This document shows positions 62,501 through 64,000 of a stretch of DNA of 64,000 nt, piece by piece. Every line of letters begins with the position of its first letter. Position 1 is the first letter of the stretch. The translations under genes were made by a program, and so were the position numbers. Under the pieces are notes generated by a model. That model ran no database searches. It was not told where the DNA came from and saw nothing but the letters and a program-made list of their open reading frames with translations. Source of the stretch: Macrostomum hystrix (taxonomy: Eukaryota > Animalia > Platyhelminthes). The DNA lies in contig CATNEN010000038.1 in the NCBI GenBank assembly GCA_950097015.1, positions 28,086,001 through 28,150,000 on the forward strand. Reading direction: 5' to 3'.

Positions 62501-64000
62501 AAATGTGTGCAAATCTGTAAAAATGCGTGCACATCTGTGCAAAGGACCCATTGTATTAACAATATATGACAGTATATTATGACCAACCAATGACTAACTA
62601 CCCGAACTAAAAATGCTTTAACTTACACAAATTATAGGCTTTGTGCTACGTGGTATGTCCTAATACAGTATATTTGAATGTATAGTTCTAAGCCAGCAGC
62701 ATATTGTATCGAATTGTTAATTTAGCGCGATTGCTCCGACTATAAATATAGCTACATGTTTGACGTCACGTTAGCAAAGCATGCTTTCCACATGATATAT
62801 ATATACGCGCTGTATAATTTTCACAGAAGGCAATTTCGGCTCGATAACCTGGTGCAATTTGAAGCTGCACAGTTTCCAGGCGCGATGGCTGGATCCAGTT
62901 ATTAAGCCGAGAACTGCTGAGCAAGGTGAGATGCCTACCTGATACTCAATTGAGTATTCAAGTTCAACATTCATAGTAGATTTGAAATGGATAGAATATA
63001 GAGGGTGGACTGTACAATGAGGTAGGTAATGGTTAGGGTGAACAGGTAGCATTGAATAGATTGTAGGTAAGGTAGACAGGTAGCATTGAGTAGATAGTAG
63101 GTAAGGTAGACAGGTAGCATTGAGTAGATAGTAGGTAAGGTAGACAGGTAGCATTAAGTAGATAGTAGGTAAGGTAGACAATAGGGTGGAGTAGATAGTA
63201 GCTAGGGTAGACGGGTTCGATTAAGTAGAATAGTTGGTAGGGTAGACAGTTTAGATAAGGTTGAAGATTGTAGGTAGGGTAGACAGTAGTATTGAAAGCA
63301 TTATAGGTAGGGTAGACAGTAGGATTGAAAGCATTATAGGTAGGGTAGACAGTAGGATTGAAAGCATTATAGGTAGGGTAGACAGTAGGATTGAAAGCAT
63401 TATAGGTAGGGTAGACAGTAGGATTGAAAGCATTATAGGTAGGGTAGACAGTAGGATTGAAAGCATTGTAGGTAGGGTAGATTGTAGGATTGAGTGCATT
63501 GTTGGTAGTGTCAGACTGGAGTTACTAGAGCTACCGTAAGAAGATAAAGGTAGAATATGAATTAACCTTGCATGATAAAAACTTCATCACTGTGATTCGC
63601 ACTCGCACAGAACTAACCGAAGTTCGCATTCGCAAAGTCAGCAAGCTCATTCGCGATTCCGGCCGACGAGTCTCCGTCACTTCGCCTCGGCGCCGATCTT
63701 CAACTGCGGCTTCTTCAGCGTCGGCAGCTGCGGCAGTCGCGGCCGCCGCGTCAGCCCTTGGCATTGACGACATCCTGCCTGAGCGATATCGCCTGATCCA
63801 GTGGACATCAACCAGGAAGATTACACCGCCAGCTGATCAGGCTCCCGCAGAGCAGCAGCAAGATCAGGACAACTCGTCAGTACTATTACAGGTTCCAGTT
63901 TCCATGGCAACTAAAACTCAACGCCAGCAGCAGCAGCAGTCGGAGCTGCAGCGGGCCAGTGGTGGCAGCCGTCGCGGCTCCGTCGTGTCGCTGCTCTTTG
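50567..64000 (+). CDS. LRRK2-like protein, N-terminal armadillo + ankyrin region (5' part; gene continues beyond window)
   Basis: join(50567-50774, 52994-53189, 55696-55894, 56369-56707, 57313-57663, 58786-58865, 59490-59935, 60521-60797, 61281-61912, 62827-62925, 63611->64000); every junction GT-AG and phase-consistent (~1070 aa open). ARM-like helices (RAFPNALGVQAEGC, AMQRHSDS.IVQKCG), ankyrin (LLELGANPN), then LLLKHLG...ITWCNLKL..FQARWLDP resembling the LRRK2 post-ANK segment. LRR, ROC and kinase domains are not in the window. Confidence 0.72.
51010..52875. repeat. 23-bp intronic minisatellite (TCAAGAAGGTTCTCTCCGGTCTT) with ~299-bp higher-order blocks
   Basis: Period 23; the variant pattern recurs 299 bp apart (ORF starts 51368/51667). 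Confidence 0.96.
53298..54370. repeat. 20-bp intronic minisatellite (YCAATCACAATCGATCCTAT)
   Basis: Columns align on 60-nt lines. Confidence 0.97.
54945..55650. repeat. ~30-33-bp minisatellite (AAAATCCCAAATCCCATCTCATCAAATTC)
   Basis: Seen directly. Confidence 0.88.
56064..56340 (+). mobile_element. tRNA-derived SINE, family A (copy 2)
   Basis: TGGCAGAGCGG, GAGCTCGATTCC, AGAAAGTCAGGGCAGATGTACACACC and CAGGAGTCAGCGAAATG are shared with 9421-9745; AT-rich tail. Confidence 0.8.
57735..58722. repeat. 16-bp minisatellite (GAGTGAGTCAAGGGGT), interrupted by an insertion
   Basis: Period 16 on both sides of 58047-58449. Confidence 0.95.
58047..58449 (+). mobile_element. GC-rich, structured retroposon 3' fragment with (TAAG)n tail
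   Basis: Abrupt non-repeat insertion in the array; ends in AAGTAAGTAAGTAAGTAA; candidate TSD AGTGAGTC; several long stems. Confidence 0.7.
59073..59366 (+). mobile_element. tRNA-derived SINE family B with CORE-like central domain (most complete copy)
   Basis: A-box TAGTCTAGTGG, B-box-like GGGCTCGATTCC, CORE-like TGTGTCCTTTAGCAAGACACTTAAC...TGTTAAATGGGTA, (ATT)n tail. Confidence 0.82.
59967..60415. repeat. ~26-bp minisatellite (AAAGTGTCTGTAGATCCACACATCCC)
   Basis: Seen directly; a short related array lies at 57160-57255. Confidence 0.93.
60850..61165. repeat. Pyrimidine-rich (CTCCTCTCCCGT) repeat
   Basis: Intronic low complexity. Confidence 0.9.
62052..62545. repeat. ~10-bp-subunit repeat (GTGTGCAAAT/GTGTAGAGGT)
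   Basis: Intronic. Confidence 0.92.
63040..63500. repeat. ~33-bp minisatellite (AGGTAGGGTAGACAGTAGGATTGAAAGCATTAT) and related units
   Basis: Intronic. Confidence 0.9.

Overview
Eukaryotic (animal) genomic DNA with GT-AG spliceosomal introns. Most large introns hold their own minisatellite; that style, plus poly-Q/poly-A-rich exons, suggests a flatworm such as Macrostomum (inference only). Most of the ORF track is repeat artefact. By hand-splicing I reconstruct seven protein-coding genes. In order: a TBC1D10/EPI64-type RabGAP (-); a small PKI-like PKA-inhibitor ORF (-) just upstream of it; Rab8 (+), head-to-head with those two; an atypical, probably GTPase-deficient Rho/Rnd-like GTPase (-); an ~831-aa Mab-21/cGAS-like nucleotidyltransferase (cGLR) with a long helical-repeat tail (-); a polypeptide GalNAc-transferase (+); and the 5' ARM-ANK part of an LRRK2-like gene (+) that runs off the window. 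Mobile DNA includes two internally deleted mariner elements (both 947 bp by my count), several MITEs with target-site duplications, two tRNA-derived SINE families and a structured (TAAG)n-tailed retroposon fragment. Best leads: the cGLR with apparently intact catalytic motifs; the hidden PKI gene and its possible bicistronic/operon link to the RabGAP; and the clustering of LRRK2-like, Rab8, Rab8-GAP and PKI genes, whose homologues act in connected pathways.
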